This document shows, in pieces, positions 36,003-46,266 of a stretch of DNA of 63,107 bases (positions within the stretch are counted from its first letter, which is position 1; every line of letters begins with the position of its first letter). The translations under genes were made by a program, and so were the position numbers. This DNA is from Bacteroidota bacterium (GTDB lineage Bacteria > Bacteroidota > Bacteroidia > Bacteroidales > JAIPAH01): contig JAASSU010000002.1 of assembly GCA_021767705.1 (NCBI GenBank), forward strand, positions 1 to 63,107. Reading direction: 5' to 3'. The notes under the pieces were generated by a model that ran no database searches, was not told the DNA's origin, and saw only the letters and a program-made list of their open reading frames with translations.

Positions 36003-37172
36003 CTACATTCCTGTAAAAGCATCAAAATCGAAATACAGGCTAAACCTCAAAGTGTTGTCTAACGGGCTCTGAACTCCTGTTGGGATAAGATAGGAGAAAT
36101 CAAGGGCAAAAACATTGTACTTCAGCCCGGCACCCATGGTTACGTAGTTTCTGTTTCCTTTGGTTTCATCTTCATAGAAATATCCGGCGCGCAGCGCAAA
36201 GGTTTCATCATACCAGTATTCCGTACCGAAAGCAAAGTTAATCTCCCTGAGCTCCTCGTTAAATCCACCCGGAGCGTCGTAAAACGACTGGAAAATCCCA
36301 GTGATAACAGAAACATCGTTGTCCATACCACTTTGTATTTCGCCCGGGTTATCCGGGTCCATGATTGGTGGTGTTGGTACCAGCAGCTTGTTCACATCGA
36401 GTGCAAAGGTAATTTCGTTATAGCCGTCCAGTTCCATTTTCAAAGCCGGGCCCAAACGAAGGTTGGTTGGTATAAAATCCTGCTGCACATCGGTGGTATA
36501 AGATATTTTAGCACCGATATTTGAAATATTTGCTCCGAAAGAGAAAACACCATCGGTAGACCCTAAATCAACTTCATTCTGGTAATACATTCCGATATCG
36601 GCGGCGATCGATGTTCCCGCACGAGTTTCCGCACCACCAGCGTTTTGCCCCAGTGTAAGGTTAGAGTAGATAAACCTTCCGGCTACAGCCAAAGAAAGAT
36701 TGTCAGAAAGTTTTCTGGAATAGGTCGCATCCAAAGCAAACTCATTAGGCTGATATTCTCCAAGAGAGTTTCCGCTTTGGTCGGTAAATTCTATATTACC
36801 CAGCGAGAAATATCTTAAAGAAGCTGCGATGGTTTGGATATCATCCAGTTTCCTGTAAAACACAGCGTTTGAAAGTCCGATGTCGTCGACCAGCTCACGC
36901 AGCCATGGACTATAACCGATAGATACACCCATCTCATCATCAATAAAAGCGTACTTTGCAGGATTCCAGAACATAGAGTTCGCATCAGGAGATGTGGCCA
37001 CGCCAACGTCGCCCATCGCCCCTCCCCTGGCATCAGGAGAAATCATAAGAAACGGCACTCCGGTTGTAATGGTATTGATATCATTGTTGTTGTCTTGTGC
37101 AAAACCCTGCATTGCACCTAAGGATAAGATGCTCAGAAATAAAGCTTTTACGACTTCTTTTGTCTTCCTCAT
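36003..37172 (-). CDS. porV: T9SS outer-membrane channel/shuttle protein PorV (LptO)
   Basis: Signal peptide, then TGVPFLMISPDARGGAMGDVGVATSPDANSMFWNPAK, a beta-barrel pattern, and a position next to porU. Confidence 0.9.
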   Translation of the reverse strand: MRKTKEVVKALFLSILSLGAMQGFAQDNNNDINTITTGVPFLMISPDARGGAMGDVGVATSPDANSMFWNPAKYAFIDDEMGVSIGYSPWLRELVDDIGLSNAVFYRKLDDIQTIAASLRYFSLGNIEFTDQSGNSLGEYQPNEFALDATYSRKLSDNLSLAVAGRFIYSNLTLGQNAGGAETRAGTSIAADIGMYYQNEVDLGSTDGVFSFGANISNIGAKISYTTDVQQDFIPTNLRLGPALKMELDGYNEITFALDVNKLLVPTPPIMDPDNPGEIQSGMDNDVSVITGIFQSFYDAPGGFNEELREINFAFGTEYWYDETFALRAGYFYEDETKGNRNYVTMGAGLKYNVFALDFSYLIPTGVQSPLDNTLRFSLYFDFDAFTGM

Positions 37173-37305
37173 TGATATTTTCTTTTGTGATTGTTTTAAA
37201 ACTCGCGCAAAACTAATGATTTGTTACGATAGAAAAACTAACGCAACTGTTTTTCTATTATTGTTTGTCTCTTCTGATTGTTGAAATTTTATTACGCCAC
37301 AGCAT

Positions 37306-40300
37306 CTAATCGAGCTTAATCAACTTGCCTCCGGTGCGGTTAACCAGGTCGTTTTTCCCTATTATCAGGATGTTGTAGATGTACACTCCTTTATCTGCCC
37401 GGTTTCCTGAATTGTCATTTCCATCCCAGTAAATGGGTGGCAGCAGGTACCCATCCGACTGTAAGTCGAAAGGCCCTAAGCGCCGGATAAGCCTTCCACT
37501 GATATCATGAATCTGGATACTGACCGTCACCCGTTCATTAAACAGGTTGTGCTCCAGATAAATCTCTGTGGATTCGGAAAACGGATTAGGCACACCTCTC
37601 ATGCTTGTAATTGCAGGCGTGATATCATCCGACACATAGAATTCGATGGATTTCTGAGAGCTGTTGTTGTGCACATCCCAGGCTGTGACCGTGAGCTTGT
37701 GTAAACCGACTTCCAGGTTATTGAACGGGTAGTTGACCGTACCGCTCTTGTAACTGTCGAGGCCGGCAGAATAAAAATCGTTCAGCACAAAAAGCTTGTT
37801 GATGTCATCGTCGATCATCGCCAGCAAGTCGTGGCCAATCCCGTTTCCAACGGTATTTAATCCGCTTTCATCATATAAATCGGCGATCAGCATCGGCGAT
37901 TGGTTAACCACATCCCCGTTCTCAAACTCCCTATCGTTCATAAACAAGGTGATTTCCGGCCCCGCCTCATCATTACCTGTGCTTTCAGAAGTTCCGCCAA
38001 CAATTACTTCATTGTAGTAGCCAGTAGCATCTGTCGATTCTGAAGCGGCATAATAAGAAAGCTTTCCGTTCGCATAATCATAATCGATATCCTTCGGGAC
38101 AACGAAGGTAAAACTGAATTCCCCATTAGAGACGGTAGCCTTCCCTTTGTACAGAATATTGTTTTGGAGTTCGAAGGAGGTCTCATACGAGCCCGGATCA
38201 TTACCAAGGGTTTGGGCAGTGTATTCCTTATCGTAAACCACCGGGAAAATTTCTCCGTTAAACTGACTCAGCTTCGCTCCGCTGGTGCTTTGAATCTGCC
38301 CCTCGATAGTAACTTGCTTCAGTGCTTTTAAAGTATCGACGTTACTACTATTGATATCTACCCCATTAATCGTATTGGTCACCACCTTGTTTCCAGGATA
38401 AGCCAGCTTGAGGGCCGGGTCGCCAAGGAGGACGAACTGATATAGTTTCCCGTTGTTAGGCGTTTTGGAGGCAATCACTAAATCGCCAAGTCGCGGATAA
38501 TCTCCGTTTTCATCCCTTTCGAAAGCCTTTTTAAAAACCCTGACATTCAGAATGCTGTTGGTATGCGAAAATGCCAGTCTTGTAGTGGTAAGCATCGCGA
38601 TGCTGCCCCCACCGGGGTTTCGTAGCACTTTCTCTCCGGCTGAAACGATATGCGGATTATCGAAACGGCTAAACTCACAGGTGGCTGTAATAAACAAAGG
38701 CAAGGCATCGTAATTCGACCATCCCTCAATATCGGAGACACCAATAATCCGTTCATGAGCCAGCGACACCTCCCCGCCATGACCAGTGTAATTCATGATG
38801 AAAACCCCATTTTCCATCCGTGCCTTTATCGCATCGTTAACCGCCGGGTAGCGTTGCCCGCCGGGAGTGGACTCCTGGCGGTAGGCATCCAGAAAAATCT
38901 TATGAAGATTGTACTGATGATATCCGGTATCGACGATAGCGGCCAGCCGCTCAGCCTGCTGGAGATGCACGTTGTTGTCTTCATCATCAGCAATAATACA
39001 TATTTCGTTACGCCATGAGCCAAACGACTCGGGGTTGGAAGCGTAGTGAATAATTTTGTCTACGAGGTTTTCAGCCTGCTGAAGGTTCTCAACAGGGAAG
39101 CGCCCCACACCGATATCGAGAAACCCGATAAGGTTATCCCCTTCAGGCGACTGGAGCCCTTCAGCCTCATCCATTAAAGCAAAATAATCGTCGGTAACAT
39201 ACGTATTGGAGATATTCAATGACTCGTAAGATGGGAATGAGGGCACAAAGTTGGTGTTATTCTCCACCCGGTCGTGAAAATCATAGGAGCTGTTCCCGAA
39301 CATCAACAGGTATTTCGGACGCTTCCCCTCATCGGAAGTGTGATATACATTTCGCACAAAGTCACGTATCCCTGTGATATCCTGACCTCCTGAAGAAAAT
39401 TCATTGTAGATAAGCTCCGGATAAGCGATATAATATGACATGTTATCCTGTTGCTGGTGAAACTCAGCAATCCGTTGTGCCTGCTCAGTAAAATCAGGAT
39501 GGGCAATAATCAGGTAATCAACATTCTTCACGGCGTGCAGGTTCTGGTTTTCAACCTTTGAAACAAATTCAGGCTGCTTCAGGTCGCTGCGATCAAAAGC
39601 GATATACTGATAAATCTGATCGGCCGGTCTCACAAATTCAGCGGCACTGCCCTGAACGGAATAATCCACCACTGCCGGAGCTATCGGATTGCTCACATCC
39701 CAAATCTGCATATCCTGGTTATGACCCTCAATACGATACTTTACGATTTTATCTGCTCCCCTGGATTCAGCATCGCGAAAAGCCAATTGATTTCCGTTGA
39801 AAACAAGGTTGCACCTGGCCGATAACTCCACGTAGTTTAACCAGGCAAGTGAAGAACTGGAGGGAACATCATATTCCAACCTGATTTCGTAATCGTTGCC
39901 CTGTTCATCAAACTTATCGCGATGGTTATTTTGAAAAGCATACTGGTAATCTTCAGGATCCAGCCCAAGCACCCGGTGGTGATAGACTTTCTCACCATTG
40001 ACATAAACATTAACATCAGAGGTGATGGTGGATTTTAAGGCAATGTCTGTTTGCAGATATAGCCTGGAGCCTTCAACAATACTCTCGAAGGTAAATTCCG
40101 GAACAGTAAACGAAGGCCGACCCAAATCGAGCCGCTCGCCAAACCATTCGCGTCCCGACTCTATGAGGCTGTGTTTGTTATTTTCGTAGAGCTGGTAGTT
40201 ATCATAAGTGGTTACTACCTCATCTGGCTGCTGCGATGACTGCTGCAAGGTACCGGGCTCCAGTGCTGTCCCCTGGTCGGGAGTAAAGAAATAGTAAGAG

Positions 40301-41121
40301 TAATCGGAAAAATAATTGTATTTGTGATTAAACTTAAACTGCAAAGAGCTATACTCCCACTCCACTGTTCCTTTTCCGTAAAACAGAATGTAATCGCCGT
40401 TATCGAAACTGCCATCGTCGTTATCGTAAATAATAACCGGGTTTTCGGTCAGATCGCGCGGCCTTTCAGTGCTGTTCATCTCAGGAAGGAGAAGCCCGGT
40501 ATTTCCAAAAACACCCACTTTGTTTAAATCAAGGTTATCGACATCCACACCCCAGTTTTTGAGCCTGGAGTAGGTGAGTTTATACATCCCATCCTCATTG
40601 AGTTTGAATTTATACCAATTGCCCTGGCGCAAAACGCTGTTTTCCTTAAAGGGAGCCTCTTCTGCACTCTTCCCGGAAACAGCATACTCAAAATTGAGGC
40701 TAAAAGAGGTAAGCTTTTGCAGGCCGGATGCTGATTTCTGCAAAGGCTTGAAGCGCAAAACCAATTTTTTGTTTCCGCGCTGTGTAACATGATGATAAGA
40801 AAAATCCACCTTGGCGGGAATGTCGAGCGGATCGAGTAAGGTTTTAGCCTCAGTTTCCAGTGGTTTGAAAGTTTGATTCTCAAGGATGACCTGGCTGACC
40901 TCAAGGTTATCAGGAATATCAATCACCTTCTCATAGTAAGGAACAACTGCAAAGGCTTCATGATAAACGGCATCATCAAAACTCAGCCTTTCGAAACTGA
41001 CGGAATCTCCGATATTGACTGTTTCAACAGGATTCCATTGTATTTCGTGATGAACCTGTTGGGCTTTTACCGCAGAAAATATCCAAACTAAAGCTATTAC
41101 TAATCCTAATCTTTTTATCAT
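37306..41121 (-). CDS. porU: T9SS C-terminal signal peptidase/sortase PorU (peptidase C25 family)
   Basis: 1271 aa with a signal peptide. C25 catalytic motifs NYTGHGGE (His) and ITATCEFSRFD (Cys). C-terminal beta-sandwich tail. Confidence 0.9.
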   Translation of the reverse strand: MIKRLGLVIALVWIFSAVKAQQVHHEIQWNPVETVNIGDSVSFERLSFDDAVYHEAFAVVPYYEKVIDIPDNLEVSQVILENQTFKPLETEAKTLLDPLDIPAKVDFSYHHVTQRGNKKLVLRFKPLQKSASGLQKLTSFSLNFEYAVSGKSAEEAPFKENSVLRQGNWYKFKLNEDGMYKLTYSRLKNWGVDVDNLDLNKVGVFGNTGLLLPEMNSTERPRDLTENPVIIYDNDDGSFDNGDYILFYGKGTVEWEYSSLQFKFNHKYNYFSDYSYYFFTPDQGTALEPGTLQQSSQQPDEVVTTYDNYQLYENNKHSLIESGREWFGERLDLGRPSFTVPEFTFESIVEGSRLYLQTDIALKSTITSDVNVYVNGEKVYHHRVLGLDPEDYQYAFQNNHRDKFDEQGNDYEIRLEYDVPSSSSLAWLNYVELSARCNLVFNGNQLAFRDAESRGADKIVKYRIEGHNQDMQIWDVSNPIAPAVVDYSVQGSAAEFVRPADQIYQYIAFDRSDLKQPEFVSKVENQNLHAVKNVDYLIIAHPDFTEQAQRIAEFHQQQDNMSYYIAYPELIYNEFSSGGQDITGIRDFVRNVYHTSDEGKRPKYLLMFGNSSYDFHDRVENNTNFVPSFPSYESLNISNTYVTDDYFALMDEAEGLQSPEGDNLIGFLDIGVGRFPVENLQQAENLVDKIIHYASNPESFGSWRNEICIIADDEDNNVHLQQAERLAAIVDTGYHQYNLHKIFLDAYRQESTPGGQRYPAVNDAIKARMENGVFIMNYTGHGGEVSLAHERIIGVSDIEGWSNYDALPLFITATCEFSRFDNPHIVSAGEKVLRNPGGGSIAMLTTTRLAFSHTNSILNVRVFKKAFERDENGDYPRLGDLVIASKTPNNGKLYQFVLLGDPALKLAYPGNKVVTNTINGVDINSSNVDTLKALKQVTIEGQIQSTSGAKLSQFNGEIFPVVYDKEYTAQTLGNDPGSYETSFELQNNILYKGKATVSNGEFSFTFVVPKDIDYDYANGKLSYYAASESTDATGYYNEVIVGGTSESTGNDEAGPEITLFMNDREFENGDVVNQSPMLIADLYDESGLNTVGNGIGHDLLAMIDDDINKLFVLNDFYSAGLDSYKSGTVNYPFNNLEVGLHKLTVTAWDVHNNSSQKSIEFYVSDDITPAITSMRGVPNPFSESTEIYLEHNLFNERVTVSIQIHDISGRLIRRLGPFDLQSDGYLLPPIYWDGNDNSGNRADKGVYIYNILIIGKNDLVNRTGGKLIKLD

Positions 41122-41173
41122 CTCAATTCTCTTCCCTGTGTTAATACTTCTCTAAGCAATCATCTGTTTTTTA

Positions 41174-44100
41174 CTAACGAATCAGAAGCAGTTTCCGTGT
41201 ATCTTCAGCAACTAAACCTTCGGGAGTGCTCACTTTAATGGTATAAATGTAAACACCCTTTTTCAGGAAGGTTCCTGTTGAAGTGCTGCCATCCCAGTAA
41301 ATGGGGTCGATCTTATTGGCATTTCCCGAATACTGCTGATGTGCTTCATAGTGCACCCGCTGTCCGTAAACATCAAACAACTCGAGCTCGACGGTGAGAT
41401 CGGTGTTTTTCTGATTGTGCTCAAATGTAAAATAAGTCCCTTCCACCACCGGATTTGGATGGTTGCCGGCTCGTTGAATTTCAAGTTTATCTTTGGAAAC
41501 CACCTTGAAATCAAGCTCTGCTGTGGCACTGTTGTTGTATACGTCCCACGCCTTGATGTAAAGGGTATGGTCACCCTCTTCCACATTAAAAAAAGGAAAC
41601 TGCACGGTTCCGCTTTTATAGGTGTTCAGATCTGCCTCATAATAATCGTTCAGTACTTTTACGTCCTCGGTATTATCGATATAAGCTACCAGGTCGTGCC
41701 CGATTCCATTTCCAACGGTGTTCACTCCGCTCTCATCGGTTATCCTGGCAAAGAGCACCGGGTTAGGGCCCGTCAGGCCTCCTTCCCTGAAATCAGGGGC
41801 ATTGATAAAAAGTTCGATCTCCGGACCATTATCATCTGAGGCTACCGCCTCATCAAAGCCCCCCACCATCACCTGGTTGTTGAGTCCGTGGGCATCGGTG
41901 CCGTCACCGGCAGCATAAAGCGACACTTTTCCGCGGCCAAAATGGTAATCAATATCTTTGGGCACCACAAAACTGAACTCAAAGGCACCGTTTATCACAT
42001 CAGCTTTCCCTTTGTATAAAATACTGTTGAGCACCTCAAAGTCGGTTGGGTATGACGACGGATCGTTTCCGAGGGTCGTCACCACTTCCTTTTTATCGTA
42101 AATAGTAGGATATACAATTCCGTTAAAATCGGGGAGGATATTTCCTGCTGCGTCGCTAACTACTCCCTTCATGGTCACTTCCGAGAGTGCCTTCAGCGTA
42201 TCGGAATGGTCAGCAACCAGCTCCCCGTTAATGTGCGTGATGCTTGCATTTTTCTCGGGGTAAGCCATCTGCAGGGCCGGGTCGCCGAGCAGAATAAATT
42301 TTCTTCCGTTGTCTCCTCCGCCGTTGTCTCTCTTTGCCAGGCGAATCAAGTCGCCCATTCTTGGTGTTTTACCGTCTACCTGACGTAGCGCATAGTTGTA
42401 AAAGCTCCTGTTCAGGTTATAATTTGGGTTTCCGTAGGTTGCCCTGGTTGTTGTAAACAGTGCAATACCACCACCGTTCGGGTGAGTAAATACCCGCTCG
42501 CCTGCCGACACACGCTCAGGATCGTCGAAGCGCGAAAACTCGCAGGTGGCCGTAACAAATACCGGCAGCCGGTCGTAGTTCGACCAGTTTTCGATGTCTG
42601 CAATGCCCAGCACGCGTTCAAGCGCCCAGCCCACCTCGCCACCGTGACCCGTGTAGTTCACAATCAACGCTCCTTCCTGAACCCGGGTGTTGATGCTTTC
42701 GTTGACTGACGGATATCGTTGACCTCCCGGGGTACTTTCCTGCTGATAGGCATCAAACATGATTTTCACGAGGTTGTATTCCGGGTGATTCCTGTTGACG
42801 TATTCCGACAGGTTCAGCGCATCATTCAGGTGAGCATTCCCGTCTTCATCATCACCAATAAAAGTGATAATATTCCTCCAGGGGCCAAGAACGACATCGG
42901 AATTGCTTCCGTAATGGATTATTTTTTCCACAGCATTTGTAGCTTGTTCAGGAGTAGATACCGGCAAACGGCCCAGACCAATATCGACCATATCGTTCAC
43001 AAAATTACCTTCACCATCATCGAGGTAACCAAAAAAATCATCAGTAGCATAAGACGTTACAGGATGGAGGGAGTTGGGCGTTTCATAGGTCGGGATAATA
43101 TTTGAATTTTTATTGATGATATCCTTGTAATCAAAAGAACCATCACCAAAAAACAGCGCATACTGAAGTCCGTTTTCGGGCTCCGAGCGGTCGTAAAGCA
43201 TTTTCAGAAAATCCCTTATTGCTGATATGTCCTGCATTCCGGATGAAAACTCGTTATATATTTCTTGCTGATTAACCACCTTCACTTTCAAGCTGCTGTT
43301 TTCGCGGTGGAAGTCTGCCAACCTGTGCGCCTGTTCAAGAAACATTTCTGGTGTAATAATCACATAATTGATATCGCTGTCAAGCCCGTGCAAATCCTGA
43401 TTGTTTACTCTGCCAACAGGAATGGGTTCTAAAAACGATGATCCATCGAAGGCTGCAAATGTCTTAAGCTCTTGCCCTTCGGCTTTGAAAGCTTTGTATC
43501 CATTATCCGTGGTGACGGGGTACTGCCGGATATTGAAAATATCGCTCACATCCCATACCGTAAGGTTTCCCTGATGTTGCACCCTGTATTCCACAATATT
43601 ATCGTCCAGTGATTGCTTACTCCTGAAAATCGCCTGTCCGTTCAGCAGTTTCAGCCGTCGTTTAAGATTGAGCGTAAAATAATCGAGCCACCCAATGGAT
43701 GAGGAATTCACCTGGTTGTAGGCAAAATTCACAGAAAAAGAAGATCCATTAAGCCCGAATGTAAAATCTTTATACTGTTCTTGTGCGTACTTGCTGTTGG
43801 TAGAGGTACTTATGCTTGGAACAGTTACGGTTTCAAAATGCGAACCGATGTTGACCGAAAATGTAGAGGTCTGCGTAGATCGCGCCACCACGCGACTATA
43901 CATAAACCCCTCACTACCGGCAATCAAATCCGGAATATCATATTCAAATGAATGCTCTGCTTCTAAATCGAACTTCTCTCCCACGAACCTTCTTCCTGAG
44001 TTGATAATGCTGTGCAAATCATTTTCATGATGTATCAGATAGTCGTAACTTTCGATTACCTGTGTGGCATTCCCGGCTGGCGGCTGTAATGTTTCAATCC

Positions 44101-44950
44101 GTTTTCCTGCCTGGCTGCCTGTGGTGATAAAGTAGTAATTGGTGTCGGCATAGGTGTGCACTGTGTGGTAATATTGTCCCGTACCATCTTCATAGTGCCA
44201 TTCATCAGGTGATTCAGCATAAAAAAGAATGTAATCATCATTATTTATTGTTCCATCGCCACTATCAAAAACTTTAACAGGAATTTCAGGAAGATCACCG
44301 GGGCGTGGGGTATCCACAGGCTCAGGCAGCATGCCGCTTCCATAGCCATGCACTCTTATTTTTTGTGCATCGATATTCCCGGTAAGGCCCAAATTACGCA
44401 AGTCGTTAAAAGTCATTATAAACACTCCTGTGGTGTCCACCCCAATTTTATACCAGGCTCCATTGGCAAGCTGTGAAGAACTTACGTAAGATTTTTTTGT
44501 GTGTCCCGATTCAAGGCCTTGTGCTTCCAGAACATTAACCCGGTAATCAGATAACCTGAAGAAAGCCTCACCGTCATCACTTTTTCTGAAAGGAAGGAAC
44601 GCGAAATACCCCACAGGCTTTTTGCGCTGAAACATCACGCCATAATCAAAATGGTATTTGTATTCAAGGTCGTACTTTCTGAGTTGTGCACTAACCTCTT
44701 CTGAGCATCTTTTTTCTTTAAGAACATCAAGAGTGGCAATCAGATCGGTATTACCAACCTGCATATCAAAATTTTGGCGGACTTCAGAGAGGCCCTGATA
44801 GTTGTCGGACGGAACTCCTTCCGCGAAAGCGGGTATTTCTTCATCCGAAAAGACCCAATCCACAGATCCTCTGTATTCCTTCTGGGCAAAAACAGAGGAC
44901 ACCACAAAGGCCAGGGAAATCACAATGAAAAGTAAATGACGTTTGATCAT
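41174..44950 (-). CDS. Second full-length PorU-like C25 peptidase (tandem paralog)
   Basis: Collinear with the adjacent PorU: NYTGHGGEVGWALER and VTATCEFSRFDDP, GDPALQMAYP versus GDPALKLAYP, NGIGHDLVAYID versus NGIGHDLLAMID. I chose the start at MIKRHLLF (44950), parallel to MIKRLGLV of PorU. The track ORF extends to 45013. Confidence 0.85.
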   Translation of the reverse strand: MIKRHLLFIVISLAFVVSSVFAQKEYRGSVDWVFSDEEIPAFAEGVPSDNYQGLSEVRQNFDMQVGNTDLIATLDVLKEKRCSEEVSAQLRKYDLEYKYHFDYGVMFQRKKPVGYFAFLPFRKSDDGEAFFRLSDYRVNVLEAQGLESGHTKKSYVSSSQLANGAWYKIGVDTTGVFIMTFNDLRNLGLTGNIDAQKIRVHGYGSGMLPEPVDTPRPGDLPEIPVKVFDSGDGTINNDDYILFYAESPDEWHYEDGTGQYYHTVHTYADTNYYFITTGSQAGKRIETLQPPAGNATQVIESYDYLIHHENDLHSIINSGRRFVGEKFDLEAEHSFEYDIPDLIAGSEGFMYSRVVARSTQTSTFSVNIGSHFETVTVPSISTSTNSKYAQEQYKDFTFGLNGSSFSVNFAYNQVNSSSIGWLDYFTLNLKRRLKLLNGQAIFRSKQSLDDNIVEYRVQHQGNLTVWDVSDIFNIRQYPVTTDNGYKAFKAEGQELKTFAAFDGSSFLEPIPVGRVNNQDLHGLDSDINYVIITPEMFLEQAHRLADFHRENSSLKVKVVNQQEIYNEFSSGMQDISAIRDFLKMLYDRSEPENGLQYALFFGDGSFDYKDIINKNSNIIPTYETPNSLHPVTSYATDDFFGYLDDGEGNFVNDMVDIGLGRLPVSTPEQATNAVEKIIHYGSNSDVVLGPWRNIITFIGDDEDGNAHLNDALNLSEYVNRNHPEYNLVKIMFDAYQQESTPGGQRYPSVNESINTRVQEGALIVNYTGHGGEVGWALERVLGIADIENWSNYDRLPVFVTATCEFSRFDDPERVSAGERVFTHPNGGGIALFTTTRATYGNPNYNLNRSFYNYALRQVDGKTPRMGDLIRLAKRDNGGGDNGRKFILLGDPALQMAYPEKNASITHINGELVADHSDTLKALSEVTMKGVVSDAAGNILPDFNGIVYPTIYDKKEVVTTLGNDPSSYPTDFEVLNSILYKGKADVINGAFEFSFVVPKDIDYHFGRGKVSLYAAGDGTDAHGLNNQVMVGGFDEAVASDDNGPEIELFINAPDFREGGLTGPNPVLFARITDESGVNTVGNGIGHDLVAYIDNTEDVKVLNDYYEADLNTYKSGTVQFPFFNVEEGDHTLYIKAWDVYNNSATAELDFKVVSKDKLEIQRAGNHPNPVVEGTYFTFEHNQKNTDLTVELELFDVYGQRVHYEAHQQYSGNANKIDPIYWDGSTSTGTFLKKGVYIYTIKVSTPEGLVAEDTRKLLLIR

Positions 44951-45244
44951 AACAAGAAACCTTTGTTTCATAACAAACCGCAGCAAAAAACGTTTGTGAT
45001 ATAAACACAGCACGTTAGCTGACGATGAGAAAATAACGCAAATCCTCGGCTCTTATTGTTGAAACCAACCTGAGGCCGGACATAATAATTTGTTAATTTG
45101 CGCGTATTACACCCGGGAAACAAATGTAGTGAATCATCCAAGGGGAAGCATCCGTCAGTGTAAAAATATGTAATAAGCTTGACGGCTTCTGGTTTACTAA
45201 GAAGTGTTTTTATTGAAGGAGGACATTGTATAAATTAGTTATCA

Positions 45245-46231
45245 ATGAAAAATTTTAAACCAGGGATTTTTATTCTGAGTATCATTATGCCCTTCTTGTC
45301 AGTCGGACAAGATCATACTTTCTCTCAGTTTTACTCGAGCCCAATGTTTTTAAACCCTTCCCTTGCCGGTAATACTGAATGCGCGCGCCTTTCGCTGAAC
45401 TACAGGAACGAATGGCCATCTATTCCTGCGGCCTTTAACACTTACCAGGTTGTTTATGACCAGTCGTTACCCTCGATATCAAGCGGCTATGGAGTGATGG
45501 TCTTTAGGGACGCGCAGTCTGACAATGCTTTTAACCGCACGCATGTGGCAGCAGCATACTCTTATCAGGTCAAAGTATCCGAAAACTTTATTATGAATTG
45601 GGGATTGCAAGCCTCCTATATCGAAAACAGTATTAAGTGGAACCGTTTGATATTTCCTGATCAAATCAATACCGACGGAAGTATCAGCCCTACCACCAAC
45701 GAAATACCTCCCGAAAATAACCAGGTGCGTATGGCTGATTTCAGCTATGGCTTTTCGTTCGACTGGAAACAAAAGTATTATGGCGGCATGGCTGTTCACC
45801 ACATGAACGAACCCATGAATTCTTTTTACGAAAATGAGCTCAGTTTACTCAAAAGGAAATATACGTTTCATGCCGGGGCTGTTTTTCAAAACGACCCTGC
45901 GATATATGCGAAAAAATCGATTTTCATTTCGCCCAATTTAATGTATCAGCAGCAAGGAAACTTCAGGCAATTAAATGCCGGTGTGTACGTTACTTTGAAA
46001 CCCATTGTAGCCGGGGCATGGTTCAGGCACAATTTTGATAATCCGGATGCTGCGATAATTTTATTAGGTTTGCAGCACGAGAATTTTAAGGTAGGATACA
46101 GCTATGATTATTCACTGTCGGGGCTTGCCGGAACACTTGGCGCAGCACACGAGGTGACTTTATCCTACAATTTTTGTATTTATGTAGAAAAAAGAAGGAA
46201 AGTTCGTGCAATAAAATGCCCGGAGTTTTAG
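45245..46231 (+). CDS. PorP/SprF-family T9SS membrane protein
   Basis: Signal peptide, then QDHTFSQFYSSPMFLNPSLAGN, typical of PorP/SprF, and a beta-barrel-like remainder. It lies upstream of gldJ. Confidence 0.85.
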   Translation: MKNFKPGIFILSIIMPFLSVGQDHTFSQFYSSPMFLNPSLAGNTECARLSLNYRNEWPSIPAAFNTYQVVYDQSLPSISSGYGVMVFRDAQSDNAFNRTHVAAAYSYQVKVSENFIMNWGLQASYIENSIKWNRLIFPDQINTDGSISPTTNEIPPENNQVRMADFSYGFSFDWKQKYYGGMAVHHMNEPMNSFYENELSLLKRKYTFHAGAVFQNDPAIYAKKSIFISPNLMYQQQGNFRQLNAGVYVTLKPIVAGAWFRHNFDNPDAAIILLGLQHENFKVGYSYDYSLSGLAGTLGAAHEVTLSYNFCIYVEKRRKVRAIKCPEF

Positions 46232-46266
46232 TTATTAGTTAAATTTGAAAAAAAATTTGGAACCAG

